A DNA stretch of 64,000 nt from Phoronis australis (lineage: Eukaryota; Animalia; Phoronida): contig NMRA01000092.1 of assembly GCA_002633005.1 (NCBI GenBank), forward strand, positions 839,116-903,115. Direction: 5' to 3'. The notes under the pieces were generated by a model. The model had not been told where the DNA came from and did no database searches. It saw only the letters and a list, made by a program, of their open reading frames with translations. Below are positions 1 through 13,389 of this stretch, piece by piece; the first letter of the stretch is position 1; each line of letters starts with the position of its first letter. Position numbers and translations under genes: made by a program.

Positions 1-264
1 CGCCGGTGCAAATCCAATTTTTTGTTTTGACTGAAAATAGCTTCAAACTCCACGGAAATTGTGTTTTCTTGAAGGTATCTGGCACACGGCATTTCGTGAT
101 GTCATTTTACGGGTTGCTGCCTCATTTTTATCAGAGAGCTAACTCGAGAATTGTGAACGTAAACAATCCTTGCATGTAAAAAAAGATAATCCATGGATGT
201 GACCATAATTTTAAAATGAGTGGCAGAGAACAACACTGCATCTGTTGCTCTATTTTATTTTCAG

Positions 265-433
265 ACTGACCTGCGGGACACCACCAAGCTAGAGTCAATC
301 TGTTACTGCATGAAGGATGGTTTGGTGTGTGGCACCGACGGTAACACGTACCCCAACGTGTGTCAGCTGATGTATGCCTCCGTGGTTGGTGGAAAAGAGA
401 TTAAAGTAGCGAAAAAAGGCATCTGCAAAAGTG
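265..433 (+). CDS. IGFBP7-like: IGFBP-related protein (IGFBP7/KAZALD1 family), Kazal-domain exon; upstream exons lie outside the window
   Basis: Acceptor ttttattttcag|ACT, donor AGTG|gtaaga. Encodes ...ICYCMKDGLVCGTDGNTYPNVCQLMYAS...KKGICKS, with the Kazal motif VCGxDGxTYxNxC. Confidence 0.92.
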
Positions 434-2630
434 GTAAGAGACCATTGTATAAGGGTCAACGCAGTGTTCAGACTGTTTCTGCCATCGACCCGGTACCAAT
501 GTTTACGTCGAGGCTTTATCCGATGGTGAAATGAAGCCTCGAGTCTAACCTACAATGAAAATAGTAAACTTTTCTACAATACGTTTATTAATTATTATTT
601 AATGTTTATTACGAAAACTATTATGTACAACCGTTGGAGTAAGCCCAGAAAGCGATAGGAAGCATTTTATCTGGGCGTAAAATAGTCTTAAATAGTCAAA
701 CTACATTTTTCACAGATCAGGGGTCTTCTAATTTTAAATCACAAACAATTTTTATACACGTTTACGATTTTCAGTTCCTACGCCCATTATCACAAGGTTG
801 TTTAGGCTAAATGGCCTCTGTGTTTAGTTTAGTTTAAAGCCCACGGTGTGTGGGCCTGGTGTTAAGTCTGTTTTTGCCACTGAGGTCAACTACACTTATC
901 AGTTTTACTAAGCGAATACAAAACTGTTTTTGTTGTGGGTTTCTCTGGTGTGCGATATTCTTTAAATTATGACAAGAATTTCCTTAATTTTGCGCCCACG
1001 TTTTGTATGGATGGATGTTGATAGTTCCCAGCGTAGTTTCACAATACAAGAAATGTGAAACACTGCAATAATCCTAAAGAAACGGTGAAGGACGCTGAAC
1101 TTAAGAAAAACGAGTACTGTTACTTTGTACTGAAACAATGAAGATTGGGGTATCTTAGCAGGAACGAAACAGCACGAAATGTGTTTAAATTTGGGTCATG
1201 ATATGGCGGAAAACGTACTTTCGTTTCAATGACTGGAGCGTTCGCTGGCTGTCAGAAAGTGAGACAGTGACGTCACTCCGATGGACTGCTGGTAAAACAG
1301 CAAGATTCATAATTCGTCCACGATTATGGCAAACCCTTCAATCAAGGCTAGTTTTTTTAAACGGAAAATTATTAACTGACAATACTGTGGAATTTAGTAC
1401 TACCAGAATATGAACTGATGAATATAGACAAAGCCTTTTAGTATAGTATAGAGGATCTATTGTTCTGAAATTTCACCAGCCCGGTCTCTAGCACTTAACT
1501 CTGTGGCAAAATGAGCACGTGATTACAATTGTTGTTGACCGCTGAGCCACTTGAAGGAAGGAAATACGAAAACCTAGAAATTCGACACAGAATAAGTTGT
1601 TAAAATCCTTAGCTCATAATCAACCCACAGGAACGTCAAATGTCAAGTACAGTATTTCGACGTTTTAACAACTGCAGACTGTTCACAGACTCCGCGATGA
1701 AAAACGCTGGACCTTGTTACTGCATAAATAATACGGTATAATTGATCACCGATGGGTTTTGGGGTCACTGCACGAAAACGAAAACAGTGCGCGTACGTTC
1801 TAAAACACCATGGTTTAGTCCGAGTACAATGGACATTCATAAGTATGGTTTGACAAAATCGAAACGGATTTACAATTTTTAATAGATCTGTTTTTTGTTT
1901 TTCGTCGCCAGTTTCACTTTACATTAGTGCAGACGAAATCCTGGAATCCTGACCGGAACACGTAAATGATTTGCATGCAATACATACTCAATAGAATGTA
2001 CGTGTATAAGTTGACATTTTAATTACAATGCACGAGAATTTATAACAAGGGATGATTTTGGGCGCGCGCCCCGCGTCATTTGCGTATAAAAAATTCGAGT
2101 GACGCACTACTATGACTAGACTGATTTTATGAGAGCAAAAAGCACAATTCGATTTTGAGCCAGCTAAACAGAGCGAGATGCTGACGTCGATGTCGTTTAC
2201 ATGTCACATAGAAAGTTTACGACTTGTAAAACTCGGACCACATTTGGCTCCAGACGAGAACAAATAATTCAAAATAACTACCAAGGAATTCCGAGTTACC
2301 CCTTTCACCTCGAGATACTGTAGGCTTTCTAATTTCAGAGTTAAATTACTGAGTTACGGTTGTGTAGATATTTGGCTAAATAAAAGTCGATAAGGTCCTA
2401 CTTAATCTTAAGATTTGATCTTTAAATTTATGATGGTGCACCGTCATAATCATCTGTTGAATAAGTTAATGCCATCTTTCTCGATAGACCAAACTTCTTC
2501 TGCGTTCCGAAGTGGTGAATACCAAAGGAAAGTTTATCTTCTTGCGATTCTTATAGCGTTGCAAATTAAAGGATTAAAATCAAAATCGTTTTCGTTAAAA
2601 TGATAAGTCATGTCAAGTGTTTATTTTCAG

Positions 2631-2771
2631 CACCCGTAATCATCAGTCCTCCACGAAACATGCGAAACGAGAGCGGAAGTGATGTAATACTGTCATGTGA
2701 AGCCAAAGGATTTCCGATTCCGACTATTGAGTGGAGTTTCAAGAGAGGAAAAAAGATGCATGCTTTGCCAG
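2631..2771 (+). CDS. IGFBP7-like: IGFBP-related protein, Ig I-set exon 1
   Basis: ttattttcag|CA ... CCAG|gtaaga, phase 1-1. APVIISPPRNMRNESGSDVILSCEAKGFPIPTIEW contains the Ig Cys and Trp. Confidence 0.92.
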
Positions 2772-3012
2772 GTAAGATTTTCAATGAAGGTTATTAGAAA
2801 CTGCCACAAGACTGGTAAAAATAACTTAGTTTTTAAATAAGGCATAGGAATCTAACCTTCCAATTAAAATTCTACCTAACAGTAAATCCTTTTGGATTGG
2901 TGTAAATCGTACAATCGTACGCCTGCACGTATGTGAATCCAGAATTTGTTCACTGTATCACACGCCATCTTTTGTGAAACTCCACCTTACAATATTCTAC
3001 AACTGACCCCAG

Positions 3013-3192
3013 GCGATGACTTCCATGTATCCGTCAACTCTCGCGGGGGACCAGAGCGATTTCAGGTGACAGGCTGGCTTCAATTGATGGATATTACTGA
3101 GGAACACGAGGGCGACTACTTCTGTATTGCACACAATACCGAAGGCACTTCGAAAGAAAAGGCCAGACTTAAGGTTAAGTCGAGGAAGAAGG
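3013..3192 (+). CDS. IGFBP7-like: IGFBP-related protein, Ig I-set exon 2
   Basis: ccccag|GC ... AAGG|gtaagt. GDDFHVSVNSRGGPERFQVTGWLQLMDITEEHEGDYFCIAHNTEG carries the PGD..RGGP...VTGW signature of IGFBP7/KAZALD1. Confidence 0.93.
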
Positions 3193-4206
3193 GTAAGTGA
3201 CGACATGGGTGCAATCGTAACAAGGGCAATTTCCGGTAGGAGAAAATAATCCTCCTAAATGTAAACATATGGGCTTCCGTGTCCGCGTTGTGGACGAGAC
3301 GTCACAAAACCGTAGATTTTCCACATTTTCCTAATCAGACCAAGGGTAATTGGAAGCTTCTATCAACATTTCGCAATGAAGTAATAAGTTATTTGAGCCT
3401 TTATACTCGCTAGTATTCGGAATAAATGTCGGGATGGTTCAAGTCAGGCAAGTCACTGCATTTAAAAGATGGCTTGCATGCGTTTGACTTGTGGTTTTTG
3501 AAAAAAGTTCCAGAACTTTGCATGCTTTAGATTTCTAAACTAGTCAGATCACCGGAACCAACCTCAAAGTTTGGAGGATATTCGGAAGCTCCATACAAGT
3601 CTGATATTTAAACTGGTATGAACGTAATAACACTTTTGGCGAATTACTTGACGGCTGCCGGGAAAGGTCACCCTTTTCGAATCACACGATTCACTTTGTA
3701 CGACACAGTTTGAGAATGTGTTTATATCTCTGGGGAAAGTGTGTAGCATGCCCCTAGCTAAGAAGGTGCGTCGGCACCTGAGGTTCTCTTAAGGAACCCC
3801 CATGGGTAGTTCAGGTCCGCCTCAGCCACCTAAAGAATCTGTGACGTGAACACTTGACGATCCCGAGCGTACTCGGATACGTGGTAGCATTCGGAACAAT
3901 AGTGGGGTGATTTCGTATCCTACAATTGGAAAAATTGAGGCCATGAAAATACCACAGATGTTCTGGATGACTCAGTAGCCGTGTATATAAAACAATGCGC
4001 AGTCACAGATAAGGTGGTCCGTGGATATTAGACCTCAGAGTTGTCTATTAAATATACTTGTTTACGCATGTACATGTACTTGTGTGGCATCTGAACCCTG
4101 TAAGACTTACCACGCCCTCTGCTGCCTTGTTAGAAAATCAAAATTGGATGTTTTTATATAATAGGTACTGCTTTCAGCATTTTATCTTCTATTTTTTCCA
4201 TTTTAG

Positions 4207-4220
4207 GTGGTGAGCTCTAA
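4207..4220 (+). CDS. IGFBP7-like: IGFBP-related protein, terminal coding mini-exon (GGEL*)
   Basis: Long polypyrimidine tract ttttttccattttag|GT GGT GAG CTC TAA, phase-compatible with the preceding exon. Gives the C-terminus KKGGEL; human IGFBP7 ends KKGEGAEL (recalled). Confidence 0.75.
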
Positions 4221-4710
4221 ACAGGCACACGATGTAACACATTGCGCGTGGGAAGTTGATTAAAATCACGAAAATTAACTCAAGTGTAGGGCGAATGTGA
4301 GGAAAGTGTGCGATTTGTGTTAACGTTTTGTTTGAGTTTGCATTAAAACAAATCCTTGATAAGAATGGTGCTAATAACGTCTCTTTGTAATCGTAGTTTT
4401 AGTTGCCAGTAACTGGTTTTGACCAAATCTCTTTCCAGAAGCTTTATATCAGTAATTTTTGCAAAGGTTTGGAACATAGCTAGCTGTTCATGTCATTGTA
4501 TACCACATTTCTGGCGATTAGTGTCGAAAGACCTGACAGACAGTTATTGGAAATAGGAATTAAAGTGAATGATTGTATTTGATTGAGTATTGATATAGTA
4601 TGGAAATGAATTGGAGGACCGTTTGCAAGTGCACGCTGTTTCACTCTTCAAATGCGTCGTCAAGGTAACGCCAGTACATCACTGCCATTTTGTACTTTTT
4701 TATTATTTAC

Positions 4711-4716
4711 AATAAA
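4711..4716 (+). terminator. Probable polyadenylation signal of the IGFBP-related gene
   Basis: AATAAA about 490 nt after the stop, preceded by a T-rich stretch and followed by GT-rich sequence (cgtgtggtc). Confidence 0.5.
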
Positions 4717-5155
4717 TTTTAGACGATTTCCGTGTGGTCAGTCAATTTTCATTATCATTCCCAGACCCCCAGTGAATATTACCATGTGAATGCCGTTCAG
4801 AATTTTCGCAGTTGCAACCCACTGAGAAACGGACTTCAACGAATAACTCCATGGAGTCATATATCTCGCGGATAATTTGGGCAAAGATCACATTTCGAGT
4901 GGGTGATTTTGACCTTATCACTGGTTTGGGTCAATCAAAGCCCTTGTTTGCACAGCTGTCTCAAGACACCTGAAAAACAGGCATAACTGACAGTAAGTAC
5001 ATTCTGTTGGGTTTCTCAAAGAGGAAGAAGTGCTAGGTTTACCGGCAAAATTTGAGATCCTAAAAAATGACCAAAAGTTGCTATTTTGGCTTTTTTGTAC
5101 CTAAAATCACAAATTCACGACTGCCCCGATGTAAAAGAAGTCGTGAGACTAGGGT

Positions 5156-5230
5156 TCGCTGGTTCCCTACGTGCCTAACCAGCACGCGTGCTGGCTACTG
5201 ACCACTTAGCGGCACGCAGCGAACCAGCGA
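5156..5230. repeat. Nested imperfect palindrome / mini foldback element
   Basis: Outer arms tcgctggttc/gaaccagcga, inner arms cgtgcc/ggcacg, and a central perfect palindrome ccagcacgcgtgctgg (5179-5194). Confidence 0.55.
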
Positions 5231-6410
5231 GGTTGAAGTATCTGCTCTTCGCAATATGGTTTTACATTCTGGGAAGTTGATACATCCGGTGCGAAGCTGA
5301 AGGAAGAGAACCAAACCCGGATTGCAGGATATTTAATCTACTACCCTCGTCACAAGAAAAAAATCGTACTTCACGCGACGTTAGGACATGCTCAATTTTA
5401 TGCTTTGGTCAAAACGACCTATGACTGCAAGTGAACAAAAAATAAAAATATCCAATTTTTTGTGGATGTGGCTTGTGGCTTTGTTCAAAGATTCAGTATG
5501 GTGGGCTGTGGCTTCCTGCTGCTTTCATATACACGGGCTTTTCTCCCGAGCCTTATACACATCGCCAAGTCGTAACCAAACGGAAGCATCGTAAAGAATT
5601 TATCACAAAACACAACAACTCGGAGACGTTCGCAATGACCTGTGAAAGGAGAGGAAATTTTTGACATGCCAAAAATCCTCTAGCGATCGTCCACGGATTG
5701 ATTTATCCGCAAATATCACGGAAAAGGATGTTATTGCAAATCCTTCGCAACAACACGTAACCATTCGAAAACTGCTCGTAAGAATCCGAAAATGCCCCCT
5801 AACAATCATGGTATTTCAAGATTTGTTACGAATAATTTACTCTTAAGTTTTCGGACTATATATTTATGGGAATAAAACGGGCCAAATGACTTATGGACAT
5901 GTTAAATACATGTATTACTGGTTAACACAAGCGTGTCATTTCTTCTATTACTCTGCTGTCATTAAATAGTTACTTTAATTACTGCCAGGCGATGTCAGGA
6001 ACCCCATTTAGCGCCGAAATAAATTTAAACTGGTTGACCGGACCTAAAACGGGTTGGCTGGTGCTCAAACACAATAGCCGAACAAATCGCCGATTTTGAG
6101 CAAAACAAACAAATGGGTACGAAAAATAAACTCTAGATATTCCTTGAATCCTTCGAGACTTTCAAAGCGAATCTCTGAGGAAGTGCGGCCGTCGTGTTTG
6201 ATCACCAGCCTACTGGTTGTAGCACCTGCATCGTGTTTTGGGTTCGGCCAACAATAGTTTGTTTTTGGTGAGGCCTTCGCGTTTCGAAGTCAGGGCAACA
6301 GGTTTGATCACCGGCCATTTGGTTTTACAACGGTCTAGCCCACTGGTTTTGAAATCCAACCAATTTTTGATACCCTCTCCTTGGGGTATAGAGTAGTTTT
6401 GGCGCGTGTG

Positions 6411-6540
6411 CAGTGGCCGATTTGGGGGGGGGCATTGCTTGATTCCATTTGGCAGCTCGGGTGTGCGAATGTCTGAAGGGCAAAATCCTGGCTAATACCA
6501 TTCCCTGCCCCCTCAACTCAAAATCCTAGATCCGCCTCTG
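6411..6540. mobile_element. MITE with CAG...CTG termini and 5-bp TSD
   Basis: gtgtg|cagtggccgatt ... gatccgcctctg|gtgtg. The 3' end (aactcaaaatcctRgatccgcc) is shared with the copy at 62800-63105. Confidence 0.8.
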
Positions 6541-7349
6541 GTGTGGAAAGTTATGAGTAACACGGCTTCGTAGCATGCATTTGGTCCGCGACTGGAATTT
6601 AGGGGAGCAAGGCTGGAATTTTGAAGCTCGGTCACGGAATTATTTGCAATCTCTGATTAACAAATCTGACGATTGTTTGTCTTCATTTTTAACCTAAAAA
6701 TTCAAAAGGCGCTTCTGTTGTATAGATGGAAATCGGATAGATTTTAATGATCCCTTAAATTTGTGTACATCAACTGTGAAACAACACAAAATTATTTTTC
6801 GAAACTCATTTTTTTGTTTTTGTTCATTTTTGTTTTTTATTGCAGGTAGTCTACTCGATAGCAAATTAACTTTCGGCCTGAGCTAGACCGATTTCTTTTG
6901 GTCGTAATGACACGAGGGGCTAAGACATGCTCATGGTTAGCCACGGTGGGACACACGGGTCCATGGCCCCACCTGCTCAGTTTAAAGAAGTTATTCAGTG
7001 CGCGCGTGCTCTTGTGTAGGGAACAAACAAGTATTACTCAGAGTGCCCACGTGAGCGACCGAGTCACAAGATAAATCTGAGGGCGTGAGCGTCTTGAGCT
7101 AATAATGCAAGCCTTGCAAGGTCTTCGTGTAAGTACCGTTTGGGAGGAAATTTCGCTTGCGCGGTTAGATCGAGAAACCTCCCATAGATGCCTCTACTTG
7201 TTGAAGAGTATGATAATCAAAGTAACAAAAATACAAAGTGGGAAATAGTTAAAATGAATATGAAAAAGAAATGATAAAGAAAAGTTGATTGAACTTTGGA
7301 TAACTCGAAAGGAGAATTAAATGGTTGGCTGAACGGGGAAACAAATGTT

Positions 7350-7945
7350 TATTTGACCAAATACAGGGATTTGACATAGTGCCATAAATATCACTACTTA
7401 AAAAGTTATTACAGTCCGCCTAAATAATATCATGGGAAAACTGGCTCGCCCAAATCATATAATTTTTAAAGGAAGATGCATAGGTTATAATATACCAAAC
7501 ATTTAGGATATTATTTCTTAAACAAGTATTGCTCATGTTCACGATAAAATTGTATCTTAAGCATGAAAAAGCAATAAAATAGTACTTTGTTTTCAAGCAT
7601 TAAATGTTTTCAATTTTAGTTTTTTACAAGATGGGCGAAGATAATTTATACTAAACCAACTGCCTATGTTGTCAATAATGACTACACTACAGATTATTTT
7701 CTGATAGAGAGTTGCATGAGACAGGGTGGTTCCTTTTCAGGTCAATTATTTTGCTTTGTTGTCGGAAGTTATGTCTAACTGCATACGAAATTTAATAAAA
7801 AGGTATGCATTTTGAAAAAAATGAATTTTAAATTCTCCAGTATGTAGATGATACTGCATGTACTTTATTTCGACATGATGATAATTCTGGTACAAACTGT
7901 CTAAATTTTAAGAATTTTGGGTTATTGTCTGGCTTATTATTACAT
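7350..7945 (+). mobile_element. Degenerate L1/Tx1-type LINE reverse-transcriptase fragment
   Basis: Frameshifted RT motifs in the expected order: FKGRCIGYNI, YTKPTAYVVNN..YF...MRQGGSFS.LF, ILQYVDDT, FKNFGLLSGL. Confidence 0.75.
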
Positions 7946-9736
7946 ATCATGAAGAGTTCCAGGATCGTTCTTATCCGTTCATACTGGCCGCAACTTTTCA
8001 AAAGATCGACGCGTCGAAGAGACAACAAAATTTTCAATCACGATTCGATATCAAAGACTAACTAACTACCATTTTCAGGGGAATTTTAAAGCCGTATTTT
8101 CACGCTTTTTCCGTGCTACCACTAAGCGGGCTTATGTCCTATCAAATTATCTTTCCTTACGGAACCCCATGTCTTACTTTTCAAAAGTAGGTCATCGCTA
8201 GTAGGTTAGACTTTTAGATATTCCCTGTAGCTCCCACCAACAAATTGGAGTTCATAACTGATGAACAAATTGGTAACGACGTCACCATATGGATGTCTCG
8301 CGCCAAGTTAAATACTAAAGACTTTCTAACACAAAAGTATCCATATTGCGCAGTGAAAATAATATCGGAATATATCACACCAGACGCAGACCAAGATGCT
8401 ATCGACCAGTCACAAATAGTCAATAAGTCTTTATTTCAACAAGCAACAAGTCAAATTTTTCGTTTCAAAAGAATCTTAAGACATGCACTTGTTCTCATAT
8501 GAATTGAAGTTGTAGGTGTTTGTGCTGTTCACGAAGTCACTATTTGTGTGCAGCACTTTTTCCGACACAAAATCAACCCCACCATCCCAGTTTGCGTTCA
8601 TGGTGTGACTGGGGTGTGAGCGATTCTTCTGGTGTACCTATAAAATTAAAAATAGACTATTACAGTATAATGTTCATTTAGCAACACTGCCACACTGTCC
8701 CACTGGATCAGGAAATTTGTTATTTGTTAATTTGGTGTCTGTTTACGGGGACAGGGAGTAGATAAAGTGGCCGCTTATGCGCTCTATAAATCTGGCACTA
8801 CGTGGGCGAATACTTGTGCCGATATGAACACAGCAAGATCTAGTGGTGGGAGTTGGATTGTACAGCAGCTTGTTCATTGTTTAGCCACTTTATTGTTAGT
8901 GAATTAGACAACAAGGACGCTATTTCACTACTGAACCACCAATGTATTGTCAATATAGTAAATGAACTTACATTCCCATCGAGGAAGTTCAGGAAGGCAA
9001 TCAGCACCCTTGTCCTTTCTCAGTTTTGATAGGAGTAATGGCCTGAAATTAGTTATAAATTGGTACCACTCATTTCAACAGTGTAGGTCGATGTCAGTTA
9101 AAATACCTATAGGGGCCTGTTTTATAATAGGTAACTGAAGACTTAAGTTAGAAATTTGGTCCTATACTTCAACTTCACAATTGTTGAAGAAAGATTTGCC
9201 ATCTAATTAGTAGTACGTCTTAACTTAGAAATAAGTTATGCAAATTATATTTGTGAGCCTTTGTTGATACTCTTACAGACTTTATATTGTTGCTAAAGTG
9301 AGATTTCATTCAGAAAATATGTCAAGCGTAGGACCGACATTTTTGACTTAAAAGACTCCAGGTGGACCAATTTCAAACAATCTTTAAGGGACTCTAGCAC
9401 ATGTTTCATAAAGACTTTGTTTCGTATTCAGGTGAGGTATTGTTGATCCTATCTCTCAAGCTATCATGACGCCCATTCTCACCACTAGTTTTAATCCATC
9501 TGATATTCACTGAATTTGTTTCCTCCAATCACGTCGTTTTTTTACTTTGTCACATTTGGCTAATCATTTTCTGACCTTTTTGATCAACCACCTTCTAAGT
9601 GCATATCATTGACCGTTGTTTTGTATTTCCCAATATATCTTGTATATTTCTATCCTACTACATAGTCCCACTAATTGATCTCTTATGTACGCCTTGTTCT
9701 GTAAACTGACAAGACACAGCACCATGATTTAGCTGC

Positions 9737-9885
9737 TTACATGTCCGTCTTCTTTTCCAATCTCTTCACCGTAATCTTATATTCGGCACTGCCCCGCTTG
9801 CATCCATTTGTAAGGGGTTGGAGTCCATAGTAACCAAGGGTTTCACCTTTCTCCGACACTAATTTCATACACCCGTCCTTCTTAC
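9737..9885 (-). CDS. Putative terminal exon of an unknown small secreted protein (gene A)
   Basis: Minus-strand acceptor catttgtttgcag|GT; only phase 1 is open: GKKDGCMKLVSEKGETLGYYGLQPLTNGCKRGSAEYKITVKRLEKKTDM*. In frame with the exon at 10181-10329. Confidence 0.5.
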
Positions 9886-10180
9886 CTGCAAACAAATGTG
9901 GCCTGCCATTGAATGTTAACAACCTCCCAGTGACGCATTCGTGATGCACCAAGTTTTTCTCTAAGAAGATTTGACAACAATAGTTCATTTAAAATGTAAG
10001 TTTTTTATTATATAAATGCGATAAATTGTATAGAATGAGAGGTTTTAATGTCAAAATTTCTTCATTTATAATCAACAGTTTCGTTCACTAGTGATCAATA
10101 GGGATTGCCTGGGCTTTATTAGAGTACAATCACGGCAACTTTTAAGGCTGACTAACGAACTGATCTGAAATTTCCCTTAC

Positions 10181-10329
10181 CACTGCTGCAATATTGCTTC
10201 CTACCGTTGGAAGGATTGGGAGACCACCGGCAATTGATACAAATTAACCAATTTTGAAAGGTTTGGCCAACCATGCCAAAGCTGACATTTTCTTTGTTTT
10301 TTTGACCCTCTTCCTGAGCATCTTGGTTT
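10181..10329 (-). CDS. Putative internal exon of gene A
   Basis: tttgtctgctag|A ... AGTG|gtaagg. NQDAQEEGQKNKENVSFGMVGQTFQNWLICINCRWSPNPSNGRKQYCSS splices in frame to 9885. The exon's 5' boundary is uncertain. Confidence 0.45.
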
Positions 10330-10557
10330 CTAGCAGACAAATAGAAATTTTCTTACCAGAGAAGGAATGTTTCAAGCATTTGCTAAGGAAGTGCTTAAAC
10401 GAGGCAAAAGCGAAGTAATTGTCCAGGGTGGTGTCCAACTTTGGCAGAGATGGAAATAAGAAGATCAAATGCACAAATCTGAATGTATTTGAAGGGACAG
10501 ACTTTTTCTAACGCCACTTTCGCGTCCTGTCCTGTCTCAATACAATTTACGCATCTA

Positions 10558-10721
10558 CATGGGCAGCGCGGCACTGGAAAAAGTGAGCGCTAAAGCCCCT
10601 ATGGTGCGCCGCTTATAGTCCATGGGCGTGGTAGCACTGAAAAAGTGGGGGGCGACAGCCCCCCCCCCCCCCCCCCCCCCCNNNNNNNNCCCCCCCAGCC
10701 CCCTATGGTGCGCCGCCCATG
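10558..10721. mobile_element. MITE (CATGGGC...GCCCATG), tandem-dimer form, near-perfect 5-bp TSD
   Basis: atcta|catgggc ... cgccgcccatg|accta. Two related units (10558 to about 10617, and 10621-10721) share gcactg(g)aaaaagtg and gcccctatggtgcgccgc. Small N gap inside the poly-C. Confidence 0.6.
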
Positions 10722-11609
10722 ACCTAGCTATTTTAATCCCAGAAAGAGATAAAGAAATAAGCTTCCCACCCTTCATAGTGTTGAAGTCTACATCAATTTA
10801 CTTGACAAAAAAATTGAATTTTGGTCACAAAATCGACAGTGGTTTCGTTACATTCACTTGATCGAAATTCCGACTACGTCATCGTTGTTATAACGTTAAT
10901 TCATTAAAGTTGAACATGACAGACAAAAATGCAGATGATAAGCGAGAAACACCATCAGCTCAACTCATATATGTAGACCTACTGCTTGACAGGATGTCAT
11001 TAAATAACTATAATTGAGTTCCACATACACCTCGCGGCCTAACTCCAATCGCATCAACTACATGTAGGATAGTTTCAGAGCGAGGAGGGGGTTACTGTAA
11101 TGTAGGACCATATAGATAAGTCTGTAGAGTTAGCCAAATATCGACATTACTATAGAAATCAACTCTGTAAAAGTATATACTTTCTGAACGAAAAAGCCAG
11201 TTGGCTATTGACTGTCGTTAATTGAGTTACGTGACTATGTATTTTTAGTTAAGCTTAGCAAAATGAAAGGTACATACATAGCATAACAAGAGTATCAAAA
11301 ACATGACCAATTTCATTTGATATATAGATGTTCAAAATGAAATCTCAAGAACGTTTTCGTTGCAACTTTTGAGGTTTTTTCATGAAAATCATGGAATTTC
11401 TATAAATGTATAGCTCCTCGTGCAAAAGTGGACATTTAAAAGCAATTCTTTACAGCGTTTTGGAGAACAGTGCTTAGACAATAATGCGCATCTCTATGTA
11501 TTTGAGTTTCATTTGAATCTGAACAGCCATTTCTAAAATATGATGCGCCGTCTGGGTTGCAATACAAGGTTGGGAGGCTAATACTCAACTATAATGCTCT
11601 TTATAGTTA

Positions 11610-11900
11610 TTTTTACATTAATGACCTCCTCGATACACTTCACTCGTCTAGCCGGGTTTCCAGGCATGCCTTTCGTTTAAAACGTATAGTGTACAAAGCC
11701 ACGCATAACCTTACACCAAATTACCTAACTACTAAATTCAAAGCAGTCAGAGAATCTCACAGTTACAGTACTAGAGCAAGTGTTTCAGGCTGCCTTTTGC
11801 CAGAACAAAACAACTGTGGCAAAAGTACTGAGGTACTATCGCTGGCGACTACCATCACGAACGCGCCCAATGTCTACCTCTTCAAACAGAAATACTGGGA
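11610..11900 (+). mobile_element. 3' remnant of a CR1/L2/Crack-group LINE ORF2
   Basis: IVYKATHNLTPNYLTTKF...HSYSTRA...GKS...LFKQK matches the post-RT YK..L.P.YL..F..H.Y.TR pattern. Confidence 0.7.
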
Positions 11901-12513
11901 CTTTGTGCACGATTCGGGACTGCAGGACTCAGATCATTATTTTACTCCATTTCATCTTGTTTCTTCTGCTATTTATTTCAACGGTCTTTTCAATCTAATT
12001 GTACATACATCTCTCTATTTTATTTCACGTAATTATTTCCGACTGGGCCCACTTGAAAATAACTTGAAAGTGAAGGTATTCACTGAGGTCACCCAGGCTT
12101 ATAAAGAAGTTAAAATAGACAATTGAGTTGGTAAGGGTACTGCCGTGTAGCGTGCGGAGGTTTTTAAGAAATAATAAACCTTGACATTTCCCCACGGGTG
12201 AAGGTCACTATTAACATGCAGTTACAATAAACTTAGACAACGAGCAAAAACAGAAATTACTTATTTAGGATTAAAATTAGTTCCAACAATTTCGGTTTTC
12301 AATTTTAAATATTTACTGTGTGCAAACCCTAAAAACTAACAAATGTAGTTTGGATACTGTTGTACTATCAATGAAGTGAAATTTTTTATTATGATTTTTG
12401 CCTAGAATTTTACAGAATGAAAGTTCACTTTTATATAAAATTTCATAAGTTAAAAGAATTTTTTGGGAAATGTCATCAAGCACTGCAATCATATAAACAC
12501 TGCTGAAACTTAC

Positions 12514-12592
12514 AGTTGTCTTTACCATGTGATCCATAAGCCACAGCAGCCGACAACAGAACAAGAGAGAGAAACATCGTCACGTTTGACAT
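12514..12592 (-). CDS. First coding exon (signal peptide) of putative secreted protein gene A
   Basis: MSNVTMFLSLVLLSAAVAYGSHGKDN, then T|gtaagt (alternative donor G|gtaaag at 12526). TATA box about 80 nt upstream; paralogous to 17202-17286. Confidence 0.6.
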
Positions 12593-12669
12593 GATTCCTT
12601 TGCTCTCAATATTCAACAAACGGTTGTAGTAGTCAAAGCGTCACGGCGTAATTCCTGAGAGACAGTGCG

Positions 12670-12677
12670 TTTATATA
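12670..12677 (-). promoter_or_regulatory. TATA box of gene A
   Basis: TATATAAA on the minus strand upstream of the signal-peptide exon; flanking sequence resembles that at 17368-17375. Confidence 0.5.
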
Positions 12678-13389
12678 GTTACTGAAACACTTTAGTAATT
12701 GTTAACACAACAGCGCTACATTGATTTTCGTACAAACAAGAGCTACGGAATTGTTTTGTTCAAAAACGTTGAAAATTCTGTAAATAACCTGTTACGCTTC
12801 CGAGGACTCCACTTTTCCTGTTTTCGCTCTAAGTTTAGATCAAAAACCAATTGCAAAACAATACTGCTGACCTCCACGAGACGGGTTACGTTTTCATGTT
12901 TTGAGTGTTTAAATAAACGTGTTTAATTGGCTTTATTCGCATTTTGTTATCTCAAACCAAACATTTATTCGCTGTTTGATTATTTTCGTCGGTTGTTAGT
13001 CGACAGAAGAGTTTGTTGTAATTTTATGGGTGTAAATTTAATTATGTTTTGATCAATTGCCCTGTAACGAAATTCCCCATAATTACACACCAAGATTCAT
13101 AACTTTGCATGTAATTATTTTTCAGACTTCGTTTTACATAAGAAAAATATAAAAAGCTTACGTAACGTAACTTTATTGAAGGCAGTGGTTTATTTGTTCA
13201 ATACACCAGCTTTATTTGTTGTTTAGAAAATTGTGTGGGTTTCTAGGTCTCGTGCACACCCCCAACTCAAAGTCGTAGGCGCCCCTCCACGGGCTCACCA
13301 TCCAACCAGCAAGTCGTGCTCAACTTTTGACGCACACAATATTTCACATTCCGTGTTCTTATTCCCTTTCAAAGTTATAAGTCCTGGAC

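Noticed and set aside
9881-9887. AG|GTAAG recursive-splice-like site on the minus strand
   Set aside because: Explained more simply as the acceptor of a terminal exon beginning GGT AAG; the upstream intron is only about 300 nt.
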